A DNA stretch of 58,978 nucleotides, filler included, from Circinaria calcarea (GCA_051942165.1; 6 parts of 6 records of this genome joined end to end with filler, not necessarily neighbours in it); one strand, 5' to 3'. Counted from the whole stretch's first letter, positions 23,964 through 36,650 are shown. Notes: generated by a model not told the origin, from the letters alone. Numbers and translations are program-made.

Positions 23964-24786
23964 TTTTGCAAGTTCGCAAGACACATAGAGGGCTAGTTGG
24001 GGAAATGAAGGATGGGGTCTGATAAAAGGAATTTGATCACTTCAGCACGTATGTGAAAGAAGTTCTCCTGCCGCGTCTCAGTCAGGCGGAGAATGTCACA
24101 TGCGAAGATCTGGCTTGACGTTCATGTGGACCTCTTATTCGAACAGAGCAGACTTCGGAATCAAATCACTGATATGCGCAATGGCGGTGAGTAGCACTCG
24201 CTCTACTCGAGGTAATAGTGCCTTTGCAGCCCCGATCGTATCCTCCCAATCAGGTTTGATTACCCTGGGTTACGCTAGCTGGGGGCCTTACAAACTGTCA
24301 GCGCGCAGTAGTAGCCACAAACACAACCGAAGACAAGTTACGGCCCACATGCTAAGCTGACAGCATTAGTGTCCTACCGCTCTCGTAAACTCTAACCGCT
24401 TTCTCTGTCCCGAAGTCAGTAAAGGGTCTGGGGTCATGCCGAGAGCTCATGTGTTTGGAGATGATTCACCTATTGGGGGGAGAGAGCCGCCTAGAATAAT
24501 CACCATCCACGCTCCAGATGAGGCGAAGATGCCCCTTAAATCGCGCCATCACCGTGCTGGGAGGCAATCACATCCTCCACCTCCTCTAAAGGCATCATTC
24601 AGGGAAAGGTTATATACCTCTGATGTTTGAACAGCCGCCATACTAAATATATCAACGGAATCAATTCAACTCCCGGACCACGAGCCTATCAATACCCGGG
24701 ACGGCGGAGTGTATCTTCAGGATTTTGAATCATGAATCCTCCCCTCTATAGGTTAGGATGCCGATGGTCTGATTCAGCCTAAGTAC

Positions 24787-27700
24787 ATGACGATTGCCCT
24801 AGAAGCAAAGATTCCATTAGAAAGTTTCTACAGAGGTCTTGGGATAGAGTTATTGTCATTCTTCAAAATCGTATGGTTTTTGGTGCTTCGCAGCTATGTG
24901 GAAACAGACACGCTTTGCTTTGGGTACATGGATGGGCGCTCGGACTCTCCTGAATACTTTTACTTTTTCAATCTATGCAAGACTGATCAAGTGAGGTATC
25001 TGCTTTTCTCGACGCAGCAGCACGACGGCCAACGCCAACCACCAACACTTTCATCCCCCGAGTCTATCCCATATCCCAAGCTCTATAACACTATGGTCAT
25101 AAACCATATATTGTACGTTGAACAAAGCGATGCTTCTAATAAGAATGTTCTTGTCCGAAATACATTGTCTTCAGACGTAAGCCTATTTTCATGGCGCATT
25201 GGAGCACACCATATTGAATAGCTCGCTAAGAACGCACAGGTTGATGTCGCTTTGGTTGTCTCAATGATAGAGGCTAGATCCACCCTCCAAATAAACTACA
25301 ATGCACTTAAAATACCGGACGTTCAAGCAAAGAGAATACCGCAAACATTCCAAGACATTGCCTTCCGTGTTAGTTTCGACCCAAATCAATTGGTGGGCTC
25401 CATGAATCTTCTTAGTACCTGGGACAAGGAATAGATATGGAGATGGAATAAAGACTCTCCCAAATCTATAGTGTCTTGCGTGCATCGTCTGATCGAAAAG
25501 AGGACCCGGATAAGTCCAGATGCACATGCCATCTGTGCCTGGGATGGGACGTTGACGTACGCAGCATTGGATAACCTGTCCTCTTCGTTAGGCTCATATC
25601 TCAGGACACTTGGCGTTGGTCCAGAAAAATTTCGTGCCTCTGTGTGTTGAAAAATCGAAGTGGGCCGCGGTGACTACACTGGCCGTCCTCAAAGCTGGAG
25701 GTGCTTGTGTCCATCTCAGTCCTTCATATCCTATTGGTCGTGCCACTCATATCCTGCAGATGGTAGAGGTGAAAGTCCTAGTTGTCTCCCCAGGATTCGA
25801 AACGAAATTCAAGAGCAAAGTGGACCATGTGGTCTGCATACCCCAAATTCTGCTCGATGGAGACATTCCAAAAGCCGGACCGTCCTGCAAAATGGTGCGA
25901 CTAGAGCTTGCCGCGTTCGTTGTGTTTACTTCGGGAAGCACTGGCCAACCAAAGGGGGTAATCAAAGACCATACATCAATCAGTACTAGCGCACTTGCAC
26001 ATACAGGAGCATTTCTTGTCAACTCGAGTTCTCGTGCCTTGCAATTTGCTGCATACGTGTGAGCTATTAACATCTATGATATGGTTTCTATACTCATTCA
26101 GGGGGCATGTGTTGTCGTTCCATCAGAGACAGCGCGGATAAACACTTTGGCATCGACGGTTCGGGAGCTACGGGTGAACCACGCCACTTTATCTCCATCC
26201 ATAATCAAATTGATTCGTCCAGCAGATGCCCCTACGCTCCAAACCCTTGTATTAGGTGGCGAGGAGATCTCCAAATCTGTTATTGACGACTGGTCTAACC
26301 ATGTCCAACTATTCAACAACTACGGCTCTTCAGAGACATTGTGTTCGGTACAGCGCCGCCAGTAGTTCGGCAGTTCGCACTAATAGTTCACGTTTCAGCC
26401 ACTCTGAACTGAACTGTCAGTGCAGTTCAGGGGTAGTGAACTGAACTAAACTGCCAGGTTAAACTGCAGTTTAGGCACTAATTTTGGTGGAAATTAGGTA
26501 CAGGGAAATACCGGGGAGCTTTCGGAATTTTAATTTTCCGGTTAAAGTAGACTCTAGACTAGGCTTTATGAGGCTAAATCTAACGTCATGTCGTGTAATT
26601 TATTAAACCTCCATATCAAAAAGTTAGTGATATTAAAATACATACTATCATTAGCGCTGTAATTACTCCCGAGCTCCCAAAAGTAAAAGATTTCCATGAT
26701 TTTTAAAAATTTTCTATTCTACTATTTACAGTATATCTGTTCATTTGGAGTCCACTACGCTATATTTATAAAAATCTTGGCAGTTCGAACTGCAGTTCCA
26801 GTTCACCCTTCAAACTGCCAAGGCAGTTACAGTTCAGGCGCTGAACTGCACTGTTTGAACTACTGGCGGCGCTGGTTCGGTAACATGCAGGTTCAAAAAG
26901 GGCGACAGTGGTACAACGCTAGGCTATGTAACCCCAGTGAACAGGTGTTGGATTGTAGATACAAGTAATCATGATCGACTTGTCTCCATTGGTGGAGTTG
27001 GAGAATTTCTTGTAGAAGGACGGATCATCGCTAGAAGCTACCTTGACGATCAAACGAACACGGATGCGGCATTCATTACCAATCCTGCATGGCAGCACGC
27101 TTTCCCCATCGGAGTTCTTCAGCTTCAGCGATATTACAAAACAGGTGATCTTGTCCGGTATGACCTAGACGGCAAGATTGTTTTGATAGGTCGTAAAGAT
27201 TCCCTGGTCAAACTACGCGGTCAGCGTATAGAGCTTGCTGAGGTAGAATACTACCTCCAGCAATACCTACCTGATGTCGGGGAAGTTGCAGCTGGAATCG
27301 TCACAATACCGGAAGCGAGAGAGCGCAAAACCCTCGCTGCTTTCATTTGTCCGGGCCCCGAGCCGCAGTCTATTAGTTCTAAGGACACTTCGACATGGAA
27401 AAGTCAGGTTACTTTACTGATTAAGGGTCTTGAGGCCGAGTCATCTAGCTCTCTACCAGCGTACATGATTCCATCGATTTACTTTCCCATCACAGAACTT
27501 CCCCGTACAGCATCTGGAGTTGCTAGCCAAAATGGCGTTAAAATCTTCTGCTCAGCAGAGGGTTACCTACACCGAGAGCGCGAGTACATTGCAGACTCCC
27601 TCTAGCAAAGCAGAAATTCTATTGCGACATTGGTGGCAGATTTCGCCAGTCACCTTAGAGACAGTTGGTGCCAATAGTGACTTTTTCACATGGAAGGGAA

Positions 27701-28565
27701 TTCAGTTGATGCCATCGAGCTTGTGGAAAGTCTGCGCAGTGACGGCTCTTGTATTTGACCGTCGAGGATATCTTTCGTCATCCCAGACTAACCACTATGT
27801 CCCGAATGTTAAGAGTTCATCGAAATCAAAGAGATAAGGCACCTACACCATTTGGGTTGCTTCCACATTCGGAAGTGAAGGCCTATGCATCGAGGCAGCT
27901 AATCAATGCAATATCTCTCTCGAGATTATCGAAGACATCTATCCATATACTCTACTTCAAGAAGGACTGATGGCTCTTTCAAAGCGGCAACGTGGAGCAT
28001 ACGTGGCACAGCATATATTTGCTTTGCCAAAGGATTGTGATTTGGCGGCTTTCAAGGAAGCCTGGAATAGAGTTGTCTCCGAAAATTCAATTCTACGTAC
28101 ACGGTTAATCCAAACAGAGAACCATGGGTGGCTTCAAGTAGTAGTCCCCGAGAAGGTCGAATGGGATGTCCTAGAAAGCGTTGAGACCTATCGAATCTCA
28201 GCTCTAAAAAACGATCATGGACTTTGGCGACCCCCCTTATGCGTTGTGGTGTGATTTCTGCTAACCGGCCCTAATGCTGCTCGATTTATATGGACAATGC
28301 ATCATTCCATCTATGACGGTTGGTCCGTTCCACTCATTCTTAGAAGCGTGCAAGAAGTGTACCAACGCAACCAAATGCCAAAGGCCGGCGGCTTCAACCG
28401 ATTCATCCGGTATCTACTGGCAATCGACCGAAAACTTTCAGAAGCGTACTGGCAATCTCAGCTTGCTGATTGGAGGGGGGATCAGTGTTTCCCCATCTTC
28501 CATCTACTACGTACCGACCACGTCCTAACAGCATAGAGCGGTTGGAGGTCCATATGCCAAAAAAT
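24787..28565 (+). pseudogene. NRPS pseudogene (partial C-like region, A, T, C), with multiple lesions and transposon interruption
   Basis: A-domain motifs AICAWDGTLTY, VFTSGSTGQPKG, LVLGGE, NNYGSSE, YKTGDL, GRKDSLVKLRGQRIELAEVE, LPAYMIP; T-like ...GNSVDAI...VEDIFRHPRL; C domain LQEGLM, SILRTRL, MHHSIYDGWS. Stops at 25432, 26060 and 28534; frameshifts near 25630 and after 27500. 5' boundary approximate. Confidence 0.9.
26351..26874. mobile_element. Non-autonomous hAT-type MITE, 524 bp, 18-bp perfect TIRs, 8-bp TSD
   Basis: Left TIR CAGCGCCGCCAGTAGTTC, right TIR GAACTACTGGCGGCGCTG. TSD GTTCGGTA at 26343-26350 and 26875-26882. More than ten GAACT/AGTTC subterminal motifs and an AT-rich core. 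Removing it restores the NRPS reading frame. Confidence 0.93.
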
Positions 28566-29529
28566 TAGTGTTGAGCATGCAATATGTGTGGTGGCATTTA
28601 TACTATGTACGAGTGTGTAACTAACTACACTATCTATGTAGCGAAAAACGTGCTTTTATGAATGTGTATGGGAGTGTTGAGCATGCACCTCCTATACAAC
28701 ACATGCCTCGGTAAGCCCTATGTACTTCCAACATATTCTACTGGAATGCCAGCTGTAGTAAAGTACCATATCGTCGGATCCTCACAAGGCCATACCGTTT
28801 CCATATCAGCCATTACACAAAGTTTAAGGCGAGAATGGAGAAATAGTGGCACATATGAATGTTAGGTATGCACCTACGTATTCGATTTTCCCCTCAAATT
28901 TCTTATACTCGTTAATTATATAAAATAGCATATGGGTGGAATCTAGGAACATGAGATAAACCGGGAGAAGTTGTCCGAGTTTTATTCAATCTAGATAACG
29001 GCCAAGGACTGCGATATTTTGCCAAAAGACTGAATCTTGAATTGCATACCGCGCATCAATGCGGACTTCACCAAGTTTGTCTAAAGATTGGTACCAGGGA
29101 GCCCCCAACCGGCGTGAAGTTTCTTTCATCCCCACGATTGAAATCGTTTGCCGGTACCCTTTTAACTCATATATAGCGAGAGAATGCTGCGGGTCGATCG
29201 GGTCGGTCGAGTAAAGGTTGTGATGTAAAAGGCCGTTCCTTTGTTAAACAGCATGTGTCGGTGGCACGCATTACTTGCTGCGTAGGTGACTAGCATAGAC
29301 TAATTAATGCAGCGAAAAGTGCTTCGGTGGGGGGTGCCGAACATGAACTTTGCGTAGGATGTGGACCACACGTGCCTCGGTAAGCCCTATCCCAACATCC
29401 TTATGGCAAGCTTCTGTATCGCTTATCCATACCACGGGCGCTGACAGTCCTGAGGATACGCATATAAGAAACCAAAATCCGGATTTATGCGGTATTTCGG
29501 GGGTCCCGCTGTATGCACACCCCAATTAC
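28566..29529 (-). mobile_element. Probable degraded hAT-like transposon end truncating the NRPS; other end lies beyond the contig
   Basis: NRPS similarity stops abruptly at about 28565, where TAGTGTTGAGCATGC begins. A minus-strand frame at about 29190-28830 reads ...IQDSVFWQNIAVLGRYLD*I..., reminiscent of hAT transposases. Diverged internal direct repeats are present. Confidence 0.4.
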
Positions 29530-29629
29530 NNNNNNNNNNNNNNNNNNNNNNNNNNNNNNNNNNNNNNNNNNNNTTAATTAATTAANNNNNNNNNNNNNNN
29601 NNNNNNNNNNNNNNNNNNNNNNNNNNNNN
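29530..29629. other. Artificial contig spacer
   Basis: N44-TTAATTAATTAA-N44. Confidence 0.98.
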
Positions 29630-30968
29630 TTCTTCCAACTGTTCCTGGCGCTGCTTCTCCTCCAACTCTTTGGCGGCTTTCTTCTGCCGCTGGGCCCGGA
29701 CGATCTTCCAGATTTTGAGTTGAGACATCAATCCAATTAGAGACAACAAAACAATACCAGCTATCTCGACCCTCATGCCTCTGGTTATTGGATAACTGAC
29801 AGTCAGGAGGGGAAAAAGGTTATTGTTCAAACCTAAACCAAAAGTCTCAGCACAACAGCAAAGTCTAATCCAGTTGCTCGGACTTACTCCAAATGTAAAG
29901 CCAGAATTCTTTTAGGCCAGCACGACTAAAGCAATCGATTCCAAGAACGATAGCTGTGGCACCAGCAAACGAAGTAGAACCAATTATGCCATACGACCGA
30001 GTATAATGGCTGAATGAAAAGGCGAAAGATGCCAAGCAGAAAACCCCGATGAAGATTGACTTCCCCGCAGTCGAAGTGATAATACCACCGGACTTTAGGA
30101 CTAGCAACCACATGCTGAGGCAAAACCCGCCAAGCAGACATCCAAGACCCTCAGTGATGTCTCTGAAGACCAAAGCCCCGGCACCGAGGAACAGACCCGG
30201 GAAAAATGCAGCCGCGAAATACGCACCTTGTACAGCATCGCTGATCGGGGGATTACAAACATATATAATTAGAACCTGAAAGAATGTTAGCAACCCGTGA
30301 GAGGGACTTTGAAATTTGTACTGACGGTGACCGAGAGACTTGATAAGTATGCGGTAGAGAGGAACACTTGTATCCTAACACTATGTGAGTCCATATTAAC
30401 CAGAGCGGTATTTCAGTAAACAAACCAGGTGTTTTTTATCCCAATGAGCGCATAGATTACCCCTGTGAGCATCAGGATGACTCCTGCGACTGACAAAGCG
30501 GGTGTAATTGTAGGAGTGAGTGGAAGAGAATCCAGGCCGCGAAGGGTGGTAACTGTAACAATCTTTAGCGTACTGGCCCAGTAGGATTCATACTTCCAAC
30601 ATACCATTGAACGGTAAGGTTGCATTTGTGGTGGCTGCTATTTCTCTTGCGACTATGACAGTACCAGTCGAACGCTCGAAGCCTGAGGTCTCCAATGCAG
30701 ACAAGTCTGTTGTTGGCAATAGGTTACCTTGCAGCTGGGAGATTGCTGTAGGTAGGGCGATTGCGGTTGAAGTGACGGATAAAATGTTACCAGAAGCTAT
30801 GCTCGTAAACGTCTGCACGCCCGACAACGCTCCCAACCGTGCTGCGGAGTCCAGCTTGACCAACGACATGTCATCTTGAAGACCAAGCACGGCAAGCCTC
30901 TGGGCTGCTATCAGTGAACTGCTGATAGCGGTCACCGAAGTGAACATAGAACACCAGAAGAAGCGCAT
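29630..30968 (-). CDS. TM7S3/TM198-like (DUF4203) multi-pass membrane protein; 3' end truncated by contig end
   Basis: Signal-like N-terminus MRFFWCSMF; LPLTPTITPALSVAGVILMLTG...IGIKN; VLIIYVCNPPISDAVQGAYF; EGLGCLLGGFCLSMWLL; SFAGATAIVLGIDCFSRAGLKEFWLYIW; YPITRGMRVEIA. Confidence 0.85.
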
Positions 30969-33812
30969 TTCCACTATGTTGTGCTGCGCAAGGGCTTCCA
31001 CTTATTCTTCGAGTACAGAGTGAGGAGAGTCATCGAGAAGCACAGGGTCAATTAAAACTGGAAGAACAGATGACGGATGGAAATTCCATCTATGCGGAGA
31101 CCAGGCTCCCCACTTTTACAAGAGATCTGAGGTGTAAAGAAGAGCAAAGGAACATGTAGGCGAGGTACGAGTGCGAAGAGTGACTGCGTTGGCATCACCA
31201 GCATGCGAACCAAGGCCATGGGCGAATCCCAGCCACGGCAACGCCGTCATTGGCAGCCCGGATGGAAGAAGCACTGCAAGGGGCGACGGAAGCGCCAATT
31301 GGGCAGTGAATGACAATTTTTGAGTTCACGGATTCGGTATGCTCGAAAAGCCTGTTTGTCGACCGTATGTAGGTGACTCGGGAAGGCAGATAAGATGATG
31401 CATGGAACCAGTCAGACTCGAGAGACTGCAAGCGAACGAAATGCCTAGCACAACGGCTGTTTCAAGAGTCAGTGACCGGGGATTGAAATTGCTCAATCTC
31501 GTCTCGATGCAGCCACTCTGATGCTTGACCGAAATAGGGCATCATCCTACCGAGTACGGCACCAGTCATCGATCAGCCGTCGTCCGAACTTCATCACTTG
31601 CTGGTGCGGAGGTCCTCCCGGTCGGACCTATCATTGGTTGTTTACGGTTGTGCGAGTATCTATCTTTAGCATGCCACGTCGAAGAGAAACATCTTCCCGA
31701 TCCTCGGATCAGCGGTTGTACGAAGGAAAGTCGGTTCAAAAGAATGACTTCAGCATTCGTCAGAAGAAACGTTGCCACTGCTCGCGGCGGAGAAGAGAAC
31801 GTGTTTCGGCTGTTGAAGTGTGGAGGGAAGATCCGCTGCTAAGTTTAAGCCACCCCCGTTGTGTCTGGCGGCATTTCTTGCGGGACGGGGGTTAGCGTTG
31901 CAGTAGTGCACTACTAGTCTATATTTTGATTCGACGCGGACTTTTATTTTGACCTCTAGCCTTTTTAGCCTTGAACTCTCGTACTACGGAGTAAGAATAA
32001 ATGATCGACGACTCCTCAACGACGATCAGCCTATATATATCATCCAAACACAAAGACCAGCAACAGGCGAGCTCGATTATTCGCCACAGCGCATTACTTT
32101 GGGCCTCGCCGTCATACTGGCCGCTCAAGTCACTCACTCCCCTTGATGGAGGTGCTCGCCGCCATTGTTCTCATCAACCCATCCTCCCCCTAATTATGAT
32201 TTTCATACCTTCTTTTCAGACAAAGGAGTACAGACTTCGACGCTTACTACCCGTGCAGATGCAGTGGCCTATTCTTAGTAAATGCCGCGGACACTAGTCA
32301 GAAATGCTTACACAAAATTCATCAGAAATGAGATTTGCCCCCATGAGGATTTACTTCGATGTCTTGTCCAGCCTAAAAAAAGAGGTTGTCAGTCATAGGG
32401 TTGAAAATCTTGTGTACGCCGTCCCACAACAGTTATATCATATATCTGCTTTCATGTACAACCACGGGATTTTGGACGGAGACAACCTGCATGTTCGAGA
32501 TGCATATCTGGAACCGACCTCGGAGTCTCTGGCGCATCTCTACTCTACGGGGAGCCTAGAATCGACACAGGCGAGGAAAAAACTCAAGAATCGAGCGGGC
32601 GCATGGACACGTCCTTCAAATCTTGTATGGGCCATTCTACCCACGGTGAGGTAAGCAGAAGCCTTGAGGACAAACACAGGACGGAGTGGAGATGGTCGTT
32701 AAAGGCAAGGAACGAACGCCTCAGAGGCGGGGCTAAACATGGGCTGGCTTCACAGATAGTAGTGAACGGTGAACAACGTGCCGAAGGATAACCCGGTAAA
32801 CGACTTTGGCCTAATGGAAAATAGGAAAATGTCAATACAAGCTCAGCATGGATGGCTAAACAAACTCCGCAGCTTTAGCTAGCATTCGGATGTTGTCAAG
32901 CCTCGTGATGCCTCAATCTAGGCGAACGGTTAGGAAGCTCATCCACCAACCATGGGCAAAACACAATCCGTAAACTTCAAACCAATGAAGCCTGACCAGA
33001 ATCTGAAGACCAAGACCCTATACGGGTTTCGAAGAGTGCAAAGTCCACATACATAAAGGTAACGATGACTGAACTTGACGAATACAATTAATACGATAAT
33101 ACTAAAAAACGGAGAAGCAAAGGGAAAGAGCTGTAGAGGATGGAAAATGGACTCGCTGTCTCCTATCTTTCCATCACAACTTCTACCTTCAGCGGTAGCA
33201 CACGCTTCTATGCACAGGTTGGCTGTAAACATATTCTATAATGAAGGCAATGCATTCCCTTGACTGCTCGACCTGCACTAATTTCTCTTGCTCGTTGAAA
33301 CGCATGTGTAGTTGGCATAGGGAAGTTGAGAACCATTGTGTTTATATATGCGTAAATACCTTCATATTACTGAAAATAAATGGTAAATAAAGACTCTCTA
33401 TTACATCAATCGAAGAGGAACACCCCCAAGGTTATGACATTTGGCTTCTGAACAAGGCTCCATCTTAAATCGGAGTATTGCTTGTTTAGAGTTATCCGGA
33501 CTGTTGTTAAACATTGACGGTATAGCTGGAGCCGCCCTCCTATTGCTCATATAAGTACGGAGTAAATTACATTTGTCTTGGGAGAGAGGTGCTCCGTCAC
33601 AACCGAGCGAGAATCTGAATCCGGCTAGACGGAGAACTATACATCGCGAGCGCGCAACTCGTTCTTCTGTAGCTCAGTAAAACAAAGACAACCATCGAAT
33701 TGTTCATCTTGCGCAAAACCACCAAAGTATACCTGCTCTTTTCCAAGATCATCACTGTCGTTCATTCAGCTACATCGTTCTCAATACCACACCTCGGACC
33801 CCAGAGAAAACG

Positions 33813-34462
33813 ATGCCCCCTTTCCGCCCCTCGCTCTTCCTCCGCCATCCTCTCCCTCTCGCACGCCGTACCTTTACCACTAGTCCCTCTTCTCAAATCG
33901 CGAGAATAACCGTCGTGGGCCGACTTGCCGCAGAGCCCGAACTCACATCTACATCCACGGGGCAGGATATGGTGCGGTATGCAATCGGCACGAGTTATGG
34001 GCCGAAGGACAACAGGCAGACGAGTTGGTGGCGCGTAGCTAGTTTTGCCGAGGAAGGAAAGGGAAGGGAAAGGATATTGGGGTTGGGGAAGGGGTGAGTT
34101 GTTACGCTTTTGGGAGAGTGGGTGGCAACGCAGAGAAAACTGGAGATGCAGGGAGATGCTCGGGTTGCTGATGGATGGTTGAATTGGAGCTGATGGTTTA
34201 TGCGGCTACAGGACACTTGTGTACCTCGAAGGCGACGCGAGTATGAGGAAATATGAGACCAAGGATGGACGGACGGAAACCGCGCTGAGTATTGTCCAGC
34301 GTGAGTGTTACCCACATATATGTCCTTGTTGCCAAAGTTATACGGCGTGGTTCTAGGCTAACTTGGTAATGTTTGCCTACAGAAAAACTGGAGATACTAA
34401 AGCGACCTGATAATCAGAGTCCAGAGGACCAGGGTCATGCCGCCATGTATCCGGACGAATGA
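33813..34462 (+). CDS. RIM1: Mitochondrial single-stranded DNA-binding protein
   Basis: Arg/Ser-rich presequence (ARRTFTTSPSSQ), then ARITVVGRLAAEPEL...YAIGTSYGPKDNRQTSWWRVASF...LGKG|TLVYLEGDASMRKYE...ALSIVQ|QKLEIL. Introns 34094-34211 and 34301-34382. Confidence 0.92.
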
Positions 34463-34873
34463 AGTATGCCGATTGCAAACGCGGATCGTGTACTTTGATC
34501 CAATTCTTGGAGGATACCAGGTTTTGTTTTCTCCGCTTTTCATGTACGATATTCGCTAGGGAAGGGGTCAAAATTGTATACCAGGTATAGGTCTTGATCG
34601 TTGCCATTTAATGCAGAATACCCTTGAAAAGTGGGAGTTTGATTGTTTTCAAGCCAGTTTGATGGTATCTGATGTTGAACTTTCATACGCATAACTGAAT
34701 GGTATGAAGTAGGATGCAAAATGATTACTCCGCACTTGACAAGCCCGTCTTACCGATTACGGCGGAGAGTTGGAGCAATGCTTCTTGCGGCATTGTGCCG
34801 CCTTCTGCACCTTCCAGTTCACAGATAATTAGAGCTACATGAAGAAGAGCTTTATGTTCTAGCGGAAAAACTA

Positions 34874-36650
34874 ATGACGGCCGTCTCCAGCTCAGATTTC
34901 CAATCACGGAAATCTCCAAACTGCCAGCCAACCTGTGCAAGTTCTAGTCCCTATACACGCAATCAACATTCTCATATGCATACAACATCCACAACCATCT
35001 CCTACTGCGCATCCGAATCCTCTCCGATCCCTCGTTTCGCCGGCCAGAGTTCCGGGAAGATGATAGAGTGGCCGATCTATGACCAGAAAAAAAGCATGGA
35101 AACCTCCACGATCTCCCAGGAAAGGTCCATTGGGGAATCGACAACAGAAAACGCTTTTTCTCAATCCACCACCAGCCCTGATTGCCATTACAATGAACCT
35201 CAACCTACTCCAAAATCAAAAACAAATCCCTGGATATTTCGCCCCATCGATCGAAATCGAGAGAGGTAAGACCCGAAGAGGCGACTCGAAATGCAGCTGA
35301 AAGAACGAGGAGAGAATTAAAGGTTTGAGAAACACCTGCTAATCTCGCAGACGAAATACTGACACTGGTTCGATTCCGAGGCTTGCTCGAGATAGTGCGC
35401 CATACGAGCTTGGGATCATGGAGGTAAAAGGGGAGATTGATGCAGAAGGAAACCATAATTATCCCTTGGGAGGAGAAAATTTGGGAAAAAAGGCAGATTT
35501 ACGTATTATCGTTTAGAAGATTCGCGGAAGTCAAAAGCTTGGAGAAAATGATACCCATCCTTTCCGCTGACCACCCATCTTCTCGACGGAGATAACATAT
35601 CCTTCAGTTGTTCTCCCCCCAAGGTAATAGCTACTCACACTCACTACCTACCACTCTAACCCCCGGCATCGGCACGATTGCTCTTCTCCGCGGTAAACCA
35701 CAACAGTACGAGAGGAGAGACAGAGATCATCTGGCTGATGTACCTTGCAATAGCACGCGGACTTTTCACGGACATCACCATGCCTCCGTTTCCCGTATTC
35801 CCGTTTGCTTTTGTTTTTGACGCCAGATCCTTCAGATGGCAAACCAGCTCGTTTTCCCTTCTCCCCTTTCCCACATAATCCTCGTGACCAAGGCAATCAG
35901 CTTGCGCTTGCTTCCACAAACCCCCCTCTCCCCCCCCCTATGACGAGTTTGGTTTATCATAGCGTGCATCTGGCTAGCTACAACACTATTTAAACCCTCA
36001 AATGTCCCCTCCATGGTTGAAGAAGCTCAGAAAACAGATCTAGGAAACCGGTTCCCCCTCACCCAACATAAACATGGTCCTCTCAACAGTCCACAGGCCC
36101 AAACGCCGCAACTCCCTCCCATCTGCCACAGGCCCACACGCTCCAGGGACCACACAGCCTTCGGTCGAACGCGGCGAGCGCCAGGACACGCCATTTCCGG
36201 CTCCAGCTCCAGATTCCCGGACGGGAGATAGAGAAGCGGGTGCGAGTTTCGGGATTCCCTTAGCCGAAGTGGGAGAAGGGCAAGGTGAGGGAAAAGGTTG
36301 AGTATACGGCCCGTCCTTCCTGTCCCTTTTCCTTTTTTTAAAAAAAGAAAAACCTGAAAGCAACTAATCCTTGTTTCCTGGTACACGCAGCAGATCTCCC
36401 GAGCCCAAAGGCGCTTAATAAAAACTCTGCAGCCTGGTCTTCTGCTCCTCCTTCAAGGACGGAACTCAAGGAAAAAGGCGGAGATGGAGAAGAAGAGGAG
36501 GAGGAGGAAGAGGAGGATCCGGTTGTTGTGATTACGCCTGGGGCGAGGAGGAGGAGGAGGAGGCAGGCGCTGCTACCTGTGCAGACGAGTGGTATGGGTG
36601 AGGGAAAGGCGGAGGAGAGGGGATATAGTCCGCCGCCTGCCTTTCAGTAA
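34874..36650 (+). CDS. Hypothetical multi-exon membrane protein; frame unresolved (possible sequence errors)
   Basis: Plus-strand exons with GT donors and CTAAT...CAG acceptors (donor 35265 and acceptor about 35350; acceptor about 36390). Hydrophobic segments EIIWLMYLAIARGLF and VWFIIACIWLATTLF. Last exon has poly-Glu and poly-Arg tracts and ends at TAA 36648-36650. Confidence 0.4.

Noticed and set aside
26351..26874. CRISPR-like array or intron in the NRPS
   Set aside because: Repeats are short and irregular with no spacers, and the ends are TIR plus TSD rather than GT-AG.
18340..28565. Hybrid PKS-NRPS supercluster
   Set aside because: The PKS and NRPS are on different contigs separated by an artificial spacer at 19659-19758.
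32304..32654. 116-aa ORF as a gene
   Set aside because: No motif or clear splice context; left uncalled.
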